A program made the position numbers and the translations under genes. Positions 38,410-51,139 of a DNA stretch of 64,000 nucleotides are shown piece after piece. Origin of the DNA: Squalus acanthias (lineage: Eukaryota); assembly GCA_030390025.1 (NCBI GenBank), contig CM059430.1, positions 74,214,001 through 74,278,000 of the forward strand, in the 5' to 3' direction. Every line of letters starts with the position of its first letter. Within the stretch, counting starts at the first letter, position 1. Under the pieces are notes generated by a model. It did not search any database. It had not been told where the DNA came from and worked only from the letters and a program-made list of their open reading frames with translations.

Positions 38410-41400
38410 GGACTGGGGAAATAACATTGTTTAGGGTAAAGAATGGTAGTAATTTCTGAAATGTGTACAATATAACATGGCTGATCAGTTTGTTTCCAGT
38501 CCAAAGAGGAACGAAGCAGTACTGGATTTAGTCACGGGGCATGAAATGAAGAAAGTGGAGCATGTTTCAGTTAGAAACAGCATTTGGGATGCAGAGATTA
38601 CAATATTAGCCGTACTAAATAAGTACTTATCATCTGTCTTCACTAAAGAAGAGAATGCTGCCTCTGTCACAGAACAGGAGGGGTTAGTGGCGATACTGGA
38701 TAGGATAAAAATAGATAAAGAGGAGGGCACGCTTAAAGTAGAGAAATCACACGGTCCGGATAGGCTTATTCTTAGGTTGGTGAATGAAGTAAGGGTGGAA
38801 ATTGTGGCGGCTCTGGCAGAGGACTGAAGGATTCCAAATGTTATAGCACCGTTTATAAAAGGAACTACGGACAATCTCAGCAATAACAGGAGAGTCAACC
38901 TAAGGTTAAAGGCAACTCGTGTTTTACTAACTTAACTGAGTTATTTGAAGAATTAACGGAAAGTGTGCATGAGGATTTGCGATTGATGTTGTGTATATTG
39001 TCTTTCAAAAAGCATTTGATAAAGCACCACGTAATATACTGTTAGTAAAATTGCAACCCATAGGATTAAAGGGGTTGTGGCTGGGTGGATGCGAGATGGA
39101 CAAAGGGTGAGAAAGAAAAGGTTAGTGGTGAACGGTTGTTTTACAGACTGGAGGGAAGTGCGCATTGTTGCATCCCAGGGGACAGTGCTCTTTTTGTTTG
39201 GACACGATACAGTCAGAAATGGGAGAATTTATAATGGCGAACAAGGAAATGATGAGCAATTGAACAAATACTTTGGTTCTGTCTTCACGGAAGAGAACAC
39301 AAATAACTTCCCGGAAATGCTAGGGAACCAAGGGTCTAGTGAGAAGGAGGAATTAAAGGAAATTAGTATCAGTAAAAAAATATTGCTGGAGAAATTAAGG
39401 GGACTGAAAGCTGATAAATGCCGAGGGCCTGATAATCTGCATTCCAGTGTACTAAAAGATGTAGCCATGGAAATAGTGTATGCATTGTTTCTCATCTTCC
39501 AAAATTCTACAGATGATGGAACAGTTCCTGCAGATTGGAAGGTGGCAAATGTTATCCCACTATTTAAAAAAGGAGGGAGAGAGAAAACAGAGAACTACAG
39601 ACCGGTTAGCCTAACCTCAGTAGTAGGGGAAATACTAGAGTTCATTTTAAAGATGTGAAAACAGGACACTTCGAAAATATCAACGGGGTTAGAGAAAGTC
39701 AACATGGGTTTATGACAGGGAAATCTTGTTTGACAAAACCTAATGGATGTAACTGGTAGAATAGATAAAGGAGAACAAGTGAACCTGATGTATTTGGATT
39801 TTCAGCCGGCCGTTGATAAAGTCTCACATAAGAAGTTAGTGTGCAAAATTAAAGCACATGTGATTGGAGGTAATATACTGGCATGGATTGAAAATGGGTA
39901 ACAGAGAGGAAACAGAGAGTAGGAATAAATGTATCTTTTTCGAGGTGGCAGGCGGTGACTAGTGGGGTACCTCATGGATCAGTGCTTGGGCCCCAGCTAT
40001 TCACAATATATATCAATGATTTGGATGAGGGATCCAAATGTAAAATTTCCAAGTTTGCTGACGACACGAAACTAGGTGGGATTGTGACTTGTCAGTAGGA
40101 TGCAAAGAGCCTTCAAGGCGATTTAGACAAATTGAGAGAGTGGGCAAATACATGGCAGATGCAGTATAACGTGGATAAATGTGAAGTTAGCCACTTCGGT
40201 AGGAAAAACACAGAGGTAGAGTATTATTTAAATAATGATAGATTGCGAAATGCTGATGTACAAAGGGACTTGGGTGTCCTTGCACAACAGTCACTGAAAG
40301 CAAAGATGCAGGTGCAGCAAGCAGTTAAGAAGGCAAATGGTATGTAGGCCTTCATTGCAAGAGGATTTGGGTACAGGAGCAAGGATGTCTCACTACAGTT
40401 ATACAGGGCCTTGGTGAGACCACACCTGGAGTACTGAGTGCTGCATGGGATATACTTGCCTTAGAGGGAGTGTAGCGAAGGTTCACGAAACTGATTCCTG
40501 GGATGCCTGGACTGCCGTCTGAGGAGGGATTGGATCGACTAGGTCTGTATTCATTAGAGTTTAGAAGAATGAGAGGGGACCGCATTGAAACGTATAAAAT
40601 TCTGACAGAGCTAGAAAGATTGGATGCAGGGAGGATGTGTCCCCTGGCTGCGGAGTCTAGAACGAGGTGTCACAGTCTCAGGATACGGAGTATGATATTT
40701 AGGACTGAGATGAGGAGAAATGTGTGGTGTACCTGTGGAATTCTCTACCACAGAAGGCTGTGGAAGCCAAGTCAGTGAATATATTTAAGAAGGAGATAGA
40801 TACATTTCTAGACACAGAAGGCATCAAGGGGTATGGGGAGAGAGGGGGAATATGGTATTGAGATAGAGGATCAGCCATTATCATATTGAATGGCGGTGCA
40901 GACTCGAAGGGCCGAATGGCCTATTCCTGCTCCTATTTTTCTATGTTTCTATATTTCTATACTAAACTCGTAAATGTAGTAAACGGTGAGTAGGACATCA
41001 GTAGACATCAGAAGGGCACTGACAGACTGGTCAAATGGGAAGTCACGTGGCAAATGAATTTCACCGCATAGAAGCGTGAAGTGATTCATTTAGGGTGGAA
41101 AAATGAGTATGACAATATAAGCTAAATGGTACTATTTAAAAGGGGTTTCTCGAATAAAGAGACCTGGGAGTGTACATACACAAGACATTGAAGCTGGAAG
41201 GACAAGTTGAGAATACCGTTAAAATAAATACAGTAACCTTGGCTTTACAAATAGAGTACAAAAGCAAGGAGAAAATGCTAAGACTTTATAAAACACTGGT
41301 TAATCCCCAGCCGCAGGATTGTTGCCAATTCTGGGCACGACACTTCAGGAAAGATGTCAAGGCCTTAGAAAGGGTGCACAGAACAGTACCAGCGATGAAA

Positions 41401-41930
41401 TACTTCAGTTACGTGGATAGACTATCAAAAACAGCAGAGAAAGAAAAAGGGAGATTTGATGACGGTGTTCAAAATCATGAAGGTTTTAGATTGACTAAAT
41501 AAAGAGAAACTGTGTACAGTGGCAGCATGGTGGTTAACGATTAAGGTAATTGTCAAAATAACCTGCGTCGACATGAGGAAAAAAATACACCACGATATGT
41601 TATGATCTGGAATGCATTTCCTGAAAGGGTGCTGGAAGCAGATACAAAAATAACTTTCAAAAAGGAATTAGATCAATACTTGAATAGGAAAGAAAATGCA
41701 GAACTATGGGGAAAGAGCCTGGGAGTGGGATTACTTAGATAGCTCTATTAAGGAGCCGTCTTAGACAGGTTGGGACGAATGGCCTCTTTCCGTGCTACAT
41801 TCTACCATGATTCTAAGCTTATTAATGCTCCCATTAACAAGGCAGGTAGATGAGTGTAAGATTGGCACTGATATAATTGAATGGGGTAACAGGCTCGAAG
41901 AGCTGAATGACCTACTCCTGTGACTTTTTT
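38410..41930 (+). mobile_element. Old CR1 with a younger CR1 (~39200-40960) nested in it
   Basis: The old RT breaks at ~39185 and resumes at ~40961. The inner copy is close to the 18-23 kb CR1 and ends in a (ttctat)n tail. Confidence 0.85.
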
Positions 41931-44689
41931 GTATGTACTAACACTGCATGAACGTGCAGGAAGCTGGCACCTGGAGTCGAATGCGCTGTATCGCAGCAGT
42001 TGCGGAGGTGTTGTTGGCACTGCTAAATGGGCTACTACAGTATTGGGATTCCATTTTTTATATAGTGTCTGAAATTTGTCGAAAGCAGAACTTGGATGGA
42101 TTTAAGACGGAACTAGTCTGATGCCAAGATCAAGGAAAATCGAACTGTCGAATTCAGCCTCGCAGCTTCTTCGGTAAAATTTGTAGCAAATGAGGTTTGG
42201 TTTTGACATGGAGCACCTGAAGCACAAATATTTATCTCCACTTGCTGTAAGTGGTTAGGCTATTTAATAAGAAGATTGACCATTAATGCAGCTTCAACCA
42301 ACGGCTAATTGCACGTTGCATGCCCATTGACTTACATACAAGTTGAGGTGCAGGATAATTATTTGCATGGCTATGAATGAATCCCGCAGACTAACAAGAG
42401 ATTTTATTTTCCTTTTTTTCAGAAAAGAGCAGCGCATAAGATAAAGCTGTAGAATAGGCCGATGGAGGATCTGCAAAGACTCAATGCTTCAGCTGATAAT
42501 TCTACATTCCAGGCTCAGTGTTCGGTACCTGGTCTTTTTGACTTCAATTGAAACCATAATCTGGCGCGATATAAAACGAGCTGTCAATTCGACAGGTGCT
42601 CGTTTTCGGCTACTTGCATAAATCAATTTAACCCTTTATTGTCTGATTCCCTTCAACTCTCTATTCATCTACATACTTCATTATATTTGAGCGCAGTCCA
42701 TATCCTCATTCCTTACTTTTCCTCGAGAAATATATTGCCTCGCACTTCTATTCATCTTTTTGCATTTTCCGCATACCTGCCCAATCTGAGAAACTGTTCG
42801 GTTCCTCCTGAAATATTTTATAGTTTTCGTCTTGTTTGCCCCAACTCAATCCTTCCAATAATTGTTCCCTTTTCCCGAGTCAAAATAATGTAAAGGTTAG
42901 ATTTTCAATGCATCACCCGTGCATAGATCCGGAGCTGCAGTTTGTCCATACTTTATAGAAATATGTGATTGTTGTTGCCATTGCAAACAGCTCTTAAGCA
43001 TAATCAGTGGACCACTGGAAGCCCCAGAGAAAACGGCCCCTGATACTTTCCCTCCATCATAATGTTCGGATTGGCTGTTCCCAGATGATTGGAGTGTCCA
43101 GTTCCATTCGCGATTACTCAGATGACGGAGCAGGCCTTGCCACCACGTAGCAAGGATTTGACAAAATCCATGCGTTGGATACGTGGCAAGTTAAATTCGC
43201 TCCACACAAGTGTCAAGCAATGATCACCTCCACGAGGAGAGAGCGTGACCATCCCGCCTTCAAATTCAGTGACATTACCATCACCGACCATTAACATTCT
43301 GCTCCCACCATTGACCAGAAACTCAACTGCACCAGCCACGTCAAGGCCATGGCTACTAGGGCAGGTCAGGGGTTGGGTACTCTGTGTCGACTTTTTAATT
43401 CTGTATTCGGCAAATCCTCTTCCAGCACCTACATAGCATAAGTTAATTTGGTAACAAACGTGGTAAGAGCACCAAGGTGTGTAAATAATGAAATATCACC
43501 TCCGGCTTCGTCCAAAGGTCTGCGTCAAACTTAATCTCAGAATTAACAGGTGTGTTTGCTTTCTCGTCCGTTTCTCTTCCTATCAGAATTTTCTTTATTT
43601 GTAACAATTAATTGGAACGTGCATATTCCGCAGAGCGCTGTTGTGTGATGTAATTTCGGGTATTGAGTGAGATATTCTTTCGTTCATGATCCTCACGCAC
43701 ATTCAAACAAAGGAAGGTTGCTCCTCTCTGTTATCTCTCTCTGTAGTTACCTGGTACATGTTATGAGTCACGAAATCTTGGGTCGCCTTTGCCTCTTGTG
43801 TTTTTTGATCTCATTGAACCGCTGTAGAAGATGATATTATTTGAACGCCAGACGATTAATGGATTAAGATTCCTAATTCAATAACTCGAATTTTTGATGG
43901 AAATTTTGTAAGCAGGTAAAATATAGAACATCATAAGTTTGTGTATAAATGCAGCGGCAAAAGATTTGACCTTTTACTGCTGCACTCTGCTTTTTCCAGC
44001 AGTGAACGTGGGCAATATGTTTAGCAGAGTCTATTACAGGATCCAGCACTCACTGTTAATTTTGGTCCCCACACCTTTGCCGTTCAGTGTTCCCCTCCCT
44101 CAATCTCGGCGGTTAGATGCATAAACGTTCACTTTCGCTTTTAAATTTCCTGGAATGTATTGCAGATTCGGTTGACATGAAAAAAATAGTTTTGGTAGAA
44201 TGCTAAGTGTATCTCGCCACCTTCGCCCAATCCTCTTCATGCGGAAATCTCCTTCCAACCGCACTTCCTTCTGCGTCCACCACAGGGATAGGCTATTACC
44301 GCAGTTTTAGACTTCCTGGAATAAACATTCAAAATGGCTGGCGGCGCGTGAACTCACATGCTGTATTAGATCGAACTTTTGCGTAAGAGTTCATGGCGTA
44401 AGCCGCAAGTTTTAAAACACTGATTAAAGACATTAAGTAAAGCTTCTATTCTTGCTGTACAACCTATTTGGGAAACTGGGCTGCCCCACGCTTGAATCGC
44501 CATGTGATGATCTCGGTAAGTAAGTCGTGGCGCTATCAAACAGGAAATAACCTTTCAGCAATGCAATTAAAAGGGCTTATCCACAACATACAAGCTAGTT
44601 GCTGTTGTTGTTTCTGTTATACTGCTAACATTCGAGGTATTTTTGGCCGGCTTTCTGATTTTCATAACTGATTTCTGACCTCATTACAG

Positions 44690-47260
44690 TTTACTGCTGC
44701 CAGGGGTGCTCTTGTAGGACTGCCTTCAGAACTGGAGGAGTAGGTAGCAGCCAAGAAGACAGGAGAGAGCAGGAGCAGTTGGGAGTAGAACGTATAGCAC
44801 GCAACTGCAGAGGAGGCTATATACACGGCGGGGGTTTCATGAAGCACTTCTCCTAACTGAACTTCACTCAGGAGCAAAATCTCAAACGCTTTTGTGTTCT
44901 GAAAGGAGGCTATCACCGAGCTACGTTAACTTTGGCAAACACAACTCGAGCCTCGATCAAGGGCATGGACAGTAATACCGCTCACTGTCAAGGACACCAT
45001 AGCTATTCATTTTTATGCAACAGTCACTTTGCAGGATGCAGGAATTAATAATGTATTATTCGTTCATGGGAAGTGTGCGCCTCTGGCATGGGCAGCATTT
45101 ATTCCCCATCTCTAATTGCACTTTAGATAGTGGAAGTGAGCCGCCTTCTTGAACCTCTGCAATCCCTGTGGTGAAGGTACACCCATGGGGCTGTTAGGGA
45201 TGGAGTTCCAGGATTTTGACGCAGCCACGATGAAGAAAGGGCGATATATGTTCAAGTCAGGATGAAGTGTGACTTGGAGGAGAAATTGGAGGTGATGGTG
45301 GATCCATGCGCCTGCTGCCCTTATCCTTCGAGGTGGCAGAGTTCACGGGTTGGGTACGCTGTCGAAGAGACCTTGCCGAGTTGCTGCGGTGCATCTTGAA
45401 GATTGTAAACGCTGCAGCCTCGGTGCACATTTGTTGGAGAGAGTGAATGTTTGAGGTGGTGGCCGGGGTGCTAATTAAGCAGGTTGCTTTGTTCTGGATT
45501 GTGTCGATCTCCTTGAGTATTTTTGGAGCTGTATTCATCCTGGCGAGTGGCAAGTATACCATCACACTCCTGACTTGTGCCTTGTAGATTGTGGGACGGC
45601 CTTGGGGAGTCAGGAGGTGAGTCACTCGCCGCAGAATACCCAGAATCTGACCTGACCTTGCTGCCACATTATTTATATGGATGGTCCAGTTAAGTTTCTG
45701 GTCAACGTTGATCCCCAGGATACTGATGATGGGGGATTCAGCGATGGTAATGCAGTTGAATGTCAATGGGCGGTGGTTAAACTCTCTCTTGTTGGAGATG
45801 GCAATTGCTTGGCACTTTTGTCGTGCGAATGTTACTTGCCACTTATCAGCCCATGCTTAAATGCTGACCACGTCTTGCTGCATGCAGGCACGGACTGCTT
45901 CATTACCTGAGGAGCTGCGAATGGAACTGTACACTGTGCCTTCATCAGCGAACATCCCAACTTCGGACCTTATGTTGCAGGGAATGTCATTCATCAAGCA
46001 GCTGAAGATGTTTTGGCCTCGGACAATACCCGAAGGAATTCCTGCAGCGCTGTCCTGGGGCTGAGATGATTGGCCTCCAACAACCACAAAAACCTTCCTT
46101 TGTGCTTGGTATGACTGCCCGAGGAGAGTTTTACCCTTGATTCCAATTGACTACAATTTTATGAGTGCTCCTTGATGTCACACTCGGTCAAATGCTGCCT
46201 TGATGTCAAGGGCAGTCACTCTCACCTCACCTCTGGAATTCAGCGTCTTTGTCTATGTTGAGACCAAAGTTGTAATGAGGTCAGGAGCCGAGTGGTACTG
46301 GCAGAAGCAAAACTGAGCTTCAGTGAGCAGGTTAGTGGTGAGCAAATACCACTGAATAGCACTCTCAGCGGCACCTTCCATCACTTTGCTGATGATTGCG
46401 ACTAGACTGGCAATTGTCCGGTTGGATTTTTCCTGTTTTTTCTGTGGACAGGATATACCTGGGCAATTTTCCACATTGTCATTCAGACTCCAGTTTTGTA
46501 GCTATATTGGAACAACTTGGCAAGTGGCAGGCTAGTTCTGAAGCGCAAGTCTTCAGCACGGCAGCCGAGATGTTATTGGAGCCCATAGCCTTTGATTTAT
46601 GCAGTGCACTCAGCCGTTTCATGATATCACGTAGAATGCATCGATTTGGCTGAAGGCTGACCTCTGTGCTGGTGGGGATCTTAGGAGGAGGCCGAGAGGG
46701 ATCACCCTCTCGGCACTTCATATCGTGGACATCCGTTTCTTTCCAATACAAAGTTGTATCGGGGAGTTGATCACAGATCTCTACCGAAAGAAGAACACCT
46801 TCACTTGCTTCATCATGAGCACAGCAAAACAGAACAAGAGAGCACTAGGCTAGCTCACAATGCAGGCTTCAACATGCTTCATGGTTCCATAATCTGTACA
46901 CGCATTGCCTGGCGTGCCCCACAACACCATTCTGTGATGTTTATGAATAGAAATAGATTCAACTCCCTCGATATCCAGCTTATTTGCGACCAGAGACAAC
47001 GCATCGGGCACGCCAATGGCCGATTTCCAAGCAGTGGTCATGATCCATTTATGCATCGTCAGTTCTCTGCGCCAATTTTTTTCCCAACCAGGCTGGTAGG
47101 CCACAGGCTGGCTAATAAGCGACAAGGACTATACCTTTCAGGCATGGGTCTTGACTCAAATCCAGAACGTGGGAAAAGCTGCAGAGAATTCGGCCTTCGA
47201 GGCGCAGGAGGAGGAAAAAGCAAGAGCAATATCGATCAGTTGTGCCGTTAGCTGCCAGTA
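44690..47260 (+). mobile_element. PIF/Harbinger (HARBI1-like) transposase remnant split by a LINE
   Basis: N-part ~44780-45045 (..VKxTIAIHFYAT..). DDE part 46754-47251: AGF..HGSIICTRIAWRAP..FMNRNRFNSLDIQLICD..RFPSSGHD. Confidence 0.85.
45046..46750 (-). mobile_element. Non-LTR retrotransposon (CR1/L2-group) fragment
   Basis: MFADE, DQKLNWT..LGILRRV..IYKAQVRSVM. Related pieces at ~43050-43440 (+) and 57490-57840 (-). Confidence 0.85.
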
Positions 47261-47269
47261 CTCTTGTAG

Positions 47270-47445
47270 ATTAGCCATCCTCTCTGTTTCGAATATTGTC
47301 ATGGCATTTTATCCGCCCACCTGAGAGGGCCCAAGGGCCTTTGGCTTAATGTTTGATTCACAAGGTGGCACATCCATCAATGGAGCACTTCTTCATTACT
47401 GCATTGAAGTGCCAGCCTGCATTAATGTTCAAGTCTCAGGATAGT
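47270..47445 (-). mobile_element. Deu-domain SINE fragment (SacSINE1/AmnSINE-like)
   Basis: cacctgagaggg..ggcacatcc..agcact..tactgcattgaagtgccagcct..tcaagtctc pattern, recognised from memory. Confidence 0.55.
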
Positions 47446-47448
47446 GGT

Positions 47449-47800
47449 CATGATGCGGAGATGCTGTTGTTGGACTGGGGTGGACAAAAATGAGAAGTCG
47501 CACAACACCAGGTTATTGTCCAACAGTTTTATTTGAAATCACAAGTTTTCGGAGCTATCGATCGCCCCTTCCTCAGGTGAAGTAAAGAAATACAGAATCG
47601 CCAAAGCATATATAGATAGAGAACAATGCATGTGTAACTTACAATGGCAGACGACTACATTTAAATCCTGACTGTTTATCTGCCGAGGTGTGACAAAAGG
47701 CAATCAGGTCAGCCAGGGAGGTACCACATCAAAGACATAGCAAGATATAACTGAGACAATGAGGTGGAGTCACAGGGGGTCCAATTTGTCAAAAGCCGCA
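47449..47800 (-). mobile_element. Older Penelope pLTR fragment with a degenerate hammerhead (~47540-47575)
   Basis: ggactggggtggacaaaaatgagaagtcgcacaacaccaggttat matches 22113-22158. The minus strand reads CTGAGGA..GCTCC GAAA ACTTGTG. Confidence 0.8.
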
Positions 47801-48156
47801 GTCGGTATGGGAAACGATAAACTTTAAAATTTTTACTTTTTTACTTAACAGTTAAGCCGTTTTCTTTAGTTTGTTCCAAATATCTTGTGATGCATTCACA
47901 TATAAGAACAACTATTGGTAATAATTCAGAGTAGAACTTGAGAACCATTATTTCCAGGTGCAGTGGGTGGCGTGTGGTCGTGCTACATCAACGATTACAA
48001 ACAGAGCGGCGTGTTACATATACATTTTACATCGAATGTAATTTTCTGTGAAGCAGACAGAATGCAATACTTAAATGGTTCTCCACCGTCCGAGACTAAA
48101 GGTCTCGATGATCAATGGCTTGATCTGCGGAAGATTCTACTGTCGCTTTTATTTTG

Positions 48157-48314
48157 TTACATGTCCATGAGTTCGAACACCCTGTTCTGGTAATTCTGCC
48201 ACACCTGTCCGTACACTACGTTCTCCTCGTGGCGTTTAGTTTTGGGACCTTTCTTCCGACCGACGAAATCGACAGCACAGTAGGTCTGTCTTTCTTCAGC
48301 GTCCATTTGCAGAC
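48157..48314 (-). CDS. Gene B tyrosine-motif exon 2 (QTYCAV, ITIM VVYGQV), terminal
   Basis: atacag|GLQMDAEERQTYCAVDFVGRKKGPKTKRHEENVVYGQVWQNYQNRVFELMDM*, with AATAAA 4 nt after the stop (48148-48153). Same Y12/Y35 spacing. Confidence 0.75.
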
Positions 48315-49593
48315 CTGTATTATTTTTCAGATATAGTGTTATATTCTGCCTTCACAACTATGCAGATTTCTACATGAAACAGACTAGAATAGACTTGCTT
48401 ACGGAAAGACACGATCGATGTGTGACTGCCAACCAGGGGTCACTGGAAATAACAATCGGGACAGATGTAAAACGGGCTACCAATTCACTAGCACGCATTT
48501 TACACTATCGCACTATCACTATCGAAATCTATCCCATTGAGCCCAACATGTGCGTTGTTAAACAGACAATGTTGAGGTCATGCGCTGCAGTGGTTTCTTA
48601 TAAGATGTGATAATTATAATTGTAGGTGTGTTGAACCTGTGCTCGACACCTAGAACTGGGGTTCCTGAAAAGTTTGGAGATGTTTTCCTTCTTTGGGGCC
48701 GATAGTAACTATTTGAAATCGTCGTTAATGAGGCTGTAATGGTCATTAAATTGAGTTGGCAGATTAACGTTCCGTTAGGGCCGACACTGCAAACCGTCGC
48801 TTTTACAGATCCCTACCGCTGGCTAGCAGAACCACCGGACTTTTCAGATGATAGACCCGTTTTGTGATACAAATCTTAACTTCAATAATTTTATAGTTTA
48901 TCTTAAGCAGAGCCATGGGTAAAATGTAAGTCGCACTGTGAAAACTCTATCCTGTTGTTTCCTGAATCTATATCAATTTTAGATTAATTAATGGGAGGGG
49001 GAATCCATAAGTAAGTAGTGGGTGAGCGGTACATTTCGGGTGTTGTTATCCGACTGAAATATAGACTGGGAACAAACAGTATAACAGGAAATTGGGGAAG
49101 AATTATATAGAAACCAGTTGTTGCTTTAGAGTTGGCATCAGCTCCCGAAGGCGCTGAAGTTCATTGCTGGAAGATACAAGAAACAATGCTGAGGCATCTG
49201 ACTTTTCGCACTATCTATGAAGCATGAGGGGGGAGGGGCGGAATTCGTCTCGGATGATAAGGCATAGCAGGCGATACTGCACCGGAAGCCTATTATTCAC
49301 TCCAACAATTTTTATTTCCGTTGGCAAGGGAATTGAAAATTCGCTGAATTTGATATCTGACTTCTGCTGCCTCGTTACGCCCGTTCTGTGACGCAGCCCT
49401 AAACGAATTTCAGCCGCTAAGACACAAAACAAGTAAGAATAAGTTGGGCTTGAATGAGGTCTTATGTACGATGGTAGCAGGGTGGTACAACTGAGATAAC
49501 AATGAATCTATATTTCTGTGTACGTGTCTGCAACTAATACACCAAATATACATAGTGGAAATTATATTGACTTACAAACACAAAAATTAGTGT

Positions 49594-49600
<7 letters not shown>

Positions 49601-49628
<28 letters not shown>

Positions 49629-49668
49629 GACATAGTGCTGCATATATATATATGTATATATATATATA
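49601..49668. repeat. (AT)n microsatellite, two blocks
   Basis: Direct inspection. Confidence 0.95.
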
Positions 49669-49725
49669 TGATATATACTTGTTTATATTAAATAACGTTA
49701 CTTGTATACATTGAATTATTAGTAC

Positions 49726-49836
49726 CTCTGCGTGCACGTTATTCTTTTTCATCTGCTTGGGGTTTGAATGCTTCTTGGGTTCAGTAAAATTCAAAGTTGC
49801 GTAAGTGAGCTGTTCATTTGTTGTGTCTTCGATAGC
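49726..49836 (-). CDS. Gene B tyrosine-motif exon 1 (ITIM LTYATL; second motif degenerate NVHAEV)
   Basis: atttacag|AIEDTTNEQLTYATLNFTEPKKHSNPKQMKKNNVHAE. Tyr at codon 12 and His at codon 35 align exactly with gene A Y12/Y35. The 3' end is uncertain (read-through runs into the AT microsatellite). Confidence 0.8.
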
Positions 49837-50048
49837 CTGTAAATCTATTTGCACAACATGCATTATATCATTGAACAGATTGAGATCGTTTGTAGATTTC
49901 AAATGCAATCGTAATATTTTGCCAGAGTTCCATTTCCTAAAATCCAATACTCATTGATTTATTTTTTTGCTTCTAAATTGAGTTTATATATATTTTCTGT
50001 TTTAAAATGTTAGCACTGCCACAAGGCACAATTATATTGAATGCTATT

Positions 50049-50802
50049 GGCCCAGAAATTGCAGTGTGAGGGTTCGTGCGAGGGTAAGCCCTTCCCGCGA
50101 TGTCTCACTGCGCCTTGGCTTTTTCAGTCCCAGCTCGCTGGAACTTCATGTCCCAGCCATCAGCTGCGAGTGCATCGTGATTCCACAGTGCGGAGTTAGT
50201 TCGAGTGCACTGTGGGATCACGTGACTGAGTTACAGCCAATGGCAGCACACCAAGCTCTCATTCATAGAATTCACAGCGGCCATTGAACTGCTGTGAAAA
50301 CTAGGAATACAACAAGCCCCCAAAAGAAGAGCTAAACCTCCATTAAATTAAAAAAAAAACCCATCACATTATTAAAATAAGTGTAATTAAATAAATTAAC
50401 CTTTTTAAACAAAAAAATAAATTTTTGAAAAAATTTTAAATCTTTTAAAATGTTATAAAAATAAACTTACCTGTCTTTAAAGTCGCTACTAAAGATTTAC
50501 CTGTAAAAAAAAATTCTAAATACTACTTAATTATGTACTTACCTGGTTAAAAGAGGCTCCTGCGCCTGCTTTTTACTTTTCCAGAATCTTCAATACTTAC
50601 CTGCGTGCGCAAGCGATGAAGTGCACTGCGTGCGCGCAGCCTGTAGCGCGCACGCGGTGCACTGAGGACCCGCCCCCTTTCACTTCCATCAATTGCCGGT
50701 TTTCAGTGCATGCGCAGTGCATGCTGAAAACCGGCAATTGAAGTCTGGCTGCGCGAGTGTACACTGTGCGTACTCTCGCGCAGCCGGATCAATTTCTGGG
50801 CC
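50049..50802. mobile_element. MITE copy in a gene B cytoplasmic intron
   Basis: 17-bp perfect inverted repeat tattggcccagaaattg / caatttctgggccaata. Confidence 0.85.
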
Positions 50803-50959
50803 AATATGTTAATGATCCCCACATGGAAAGTTTGTACTGAATATATAATAAATAATAAACAATAAACATGTCACCCTGCAGTCCCCTTATGCCATTGATT
50901 CTCTATTAACAGATCGTATTAAAACGCTTCCAGTTAGGTGCAGTATTCATATGCAATAC

Positions 50960-51036
50960 AGTAGAATCATCGCTCTTTTGGACTGCTTCATGCAGATTTA
51001 TTTTCTCTGCATCAGAGGAAGATTTTACGTCCTTAC
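50960..51036 (-). CDS. Gene B candidate short cytoplasmic exon
   Basis: tttttgtttaag|GKDVKSSSDAEKINLHEAVQKSDDST|gtattg, phase 1 to 0 as in gene A. The donor is uncertain. Confidence 0.5.
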
Positions 51037-51139
51037 CTTAAACAAAAATAAATTGTACGATGTGTGATACCATACCGTACACTATCTGATTAAAATGCGG
51101 GCCTGTTCGTTTTCCAGACCTTCCTCCTCCTGAAACTTC

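Noticed and set aside
46754-47251. Host HARBI1 gene
   Set aside because: Catalytic motifs are degenerate, frameshifted and split by a LINE, so this is a transposon relic.
49534-49725. Hydrophobic IYIYIY tail of the 137-aa ORF
   Set aside because: Translation of the (AT)n microsatellite.
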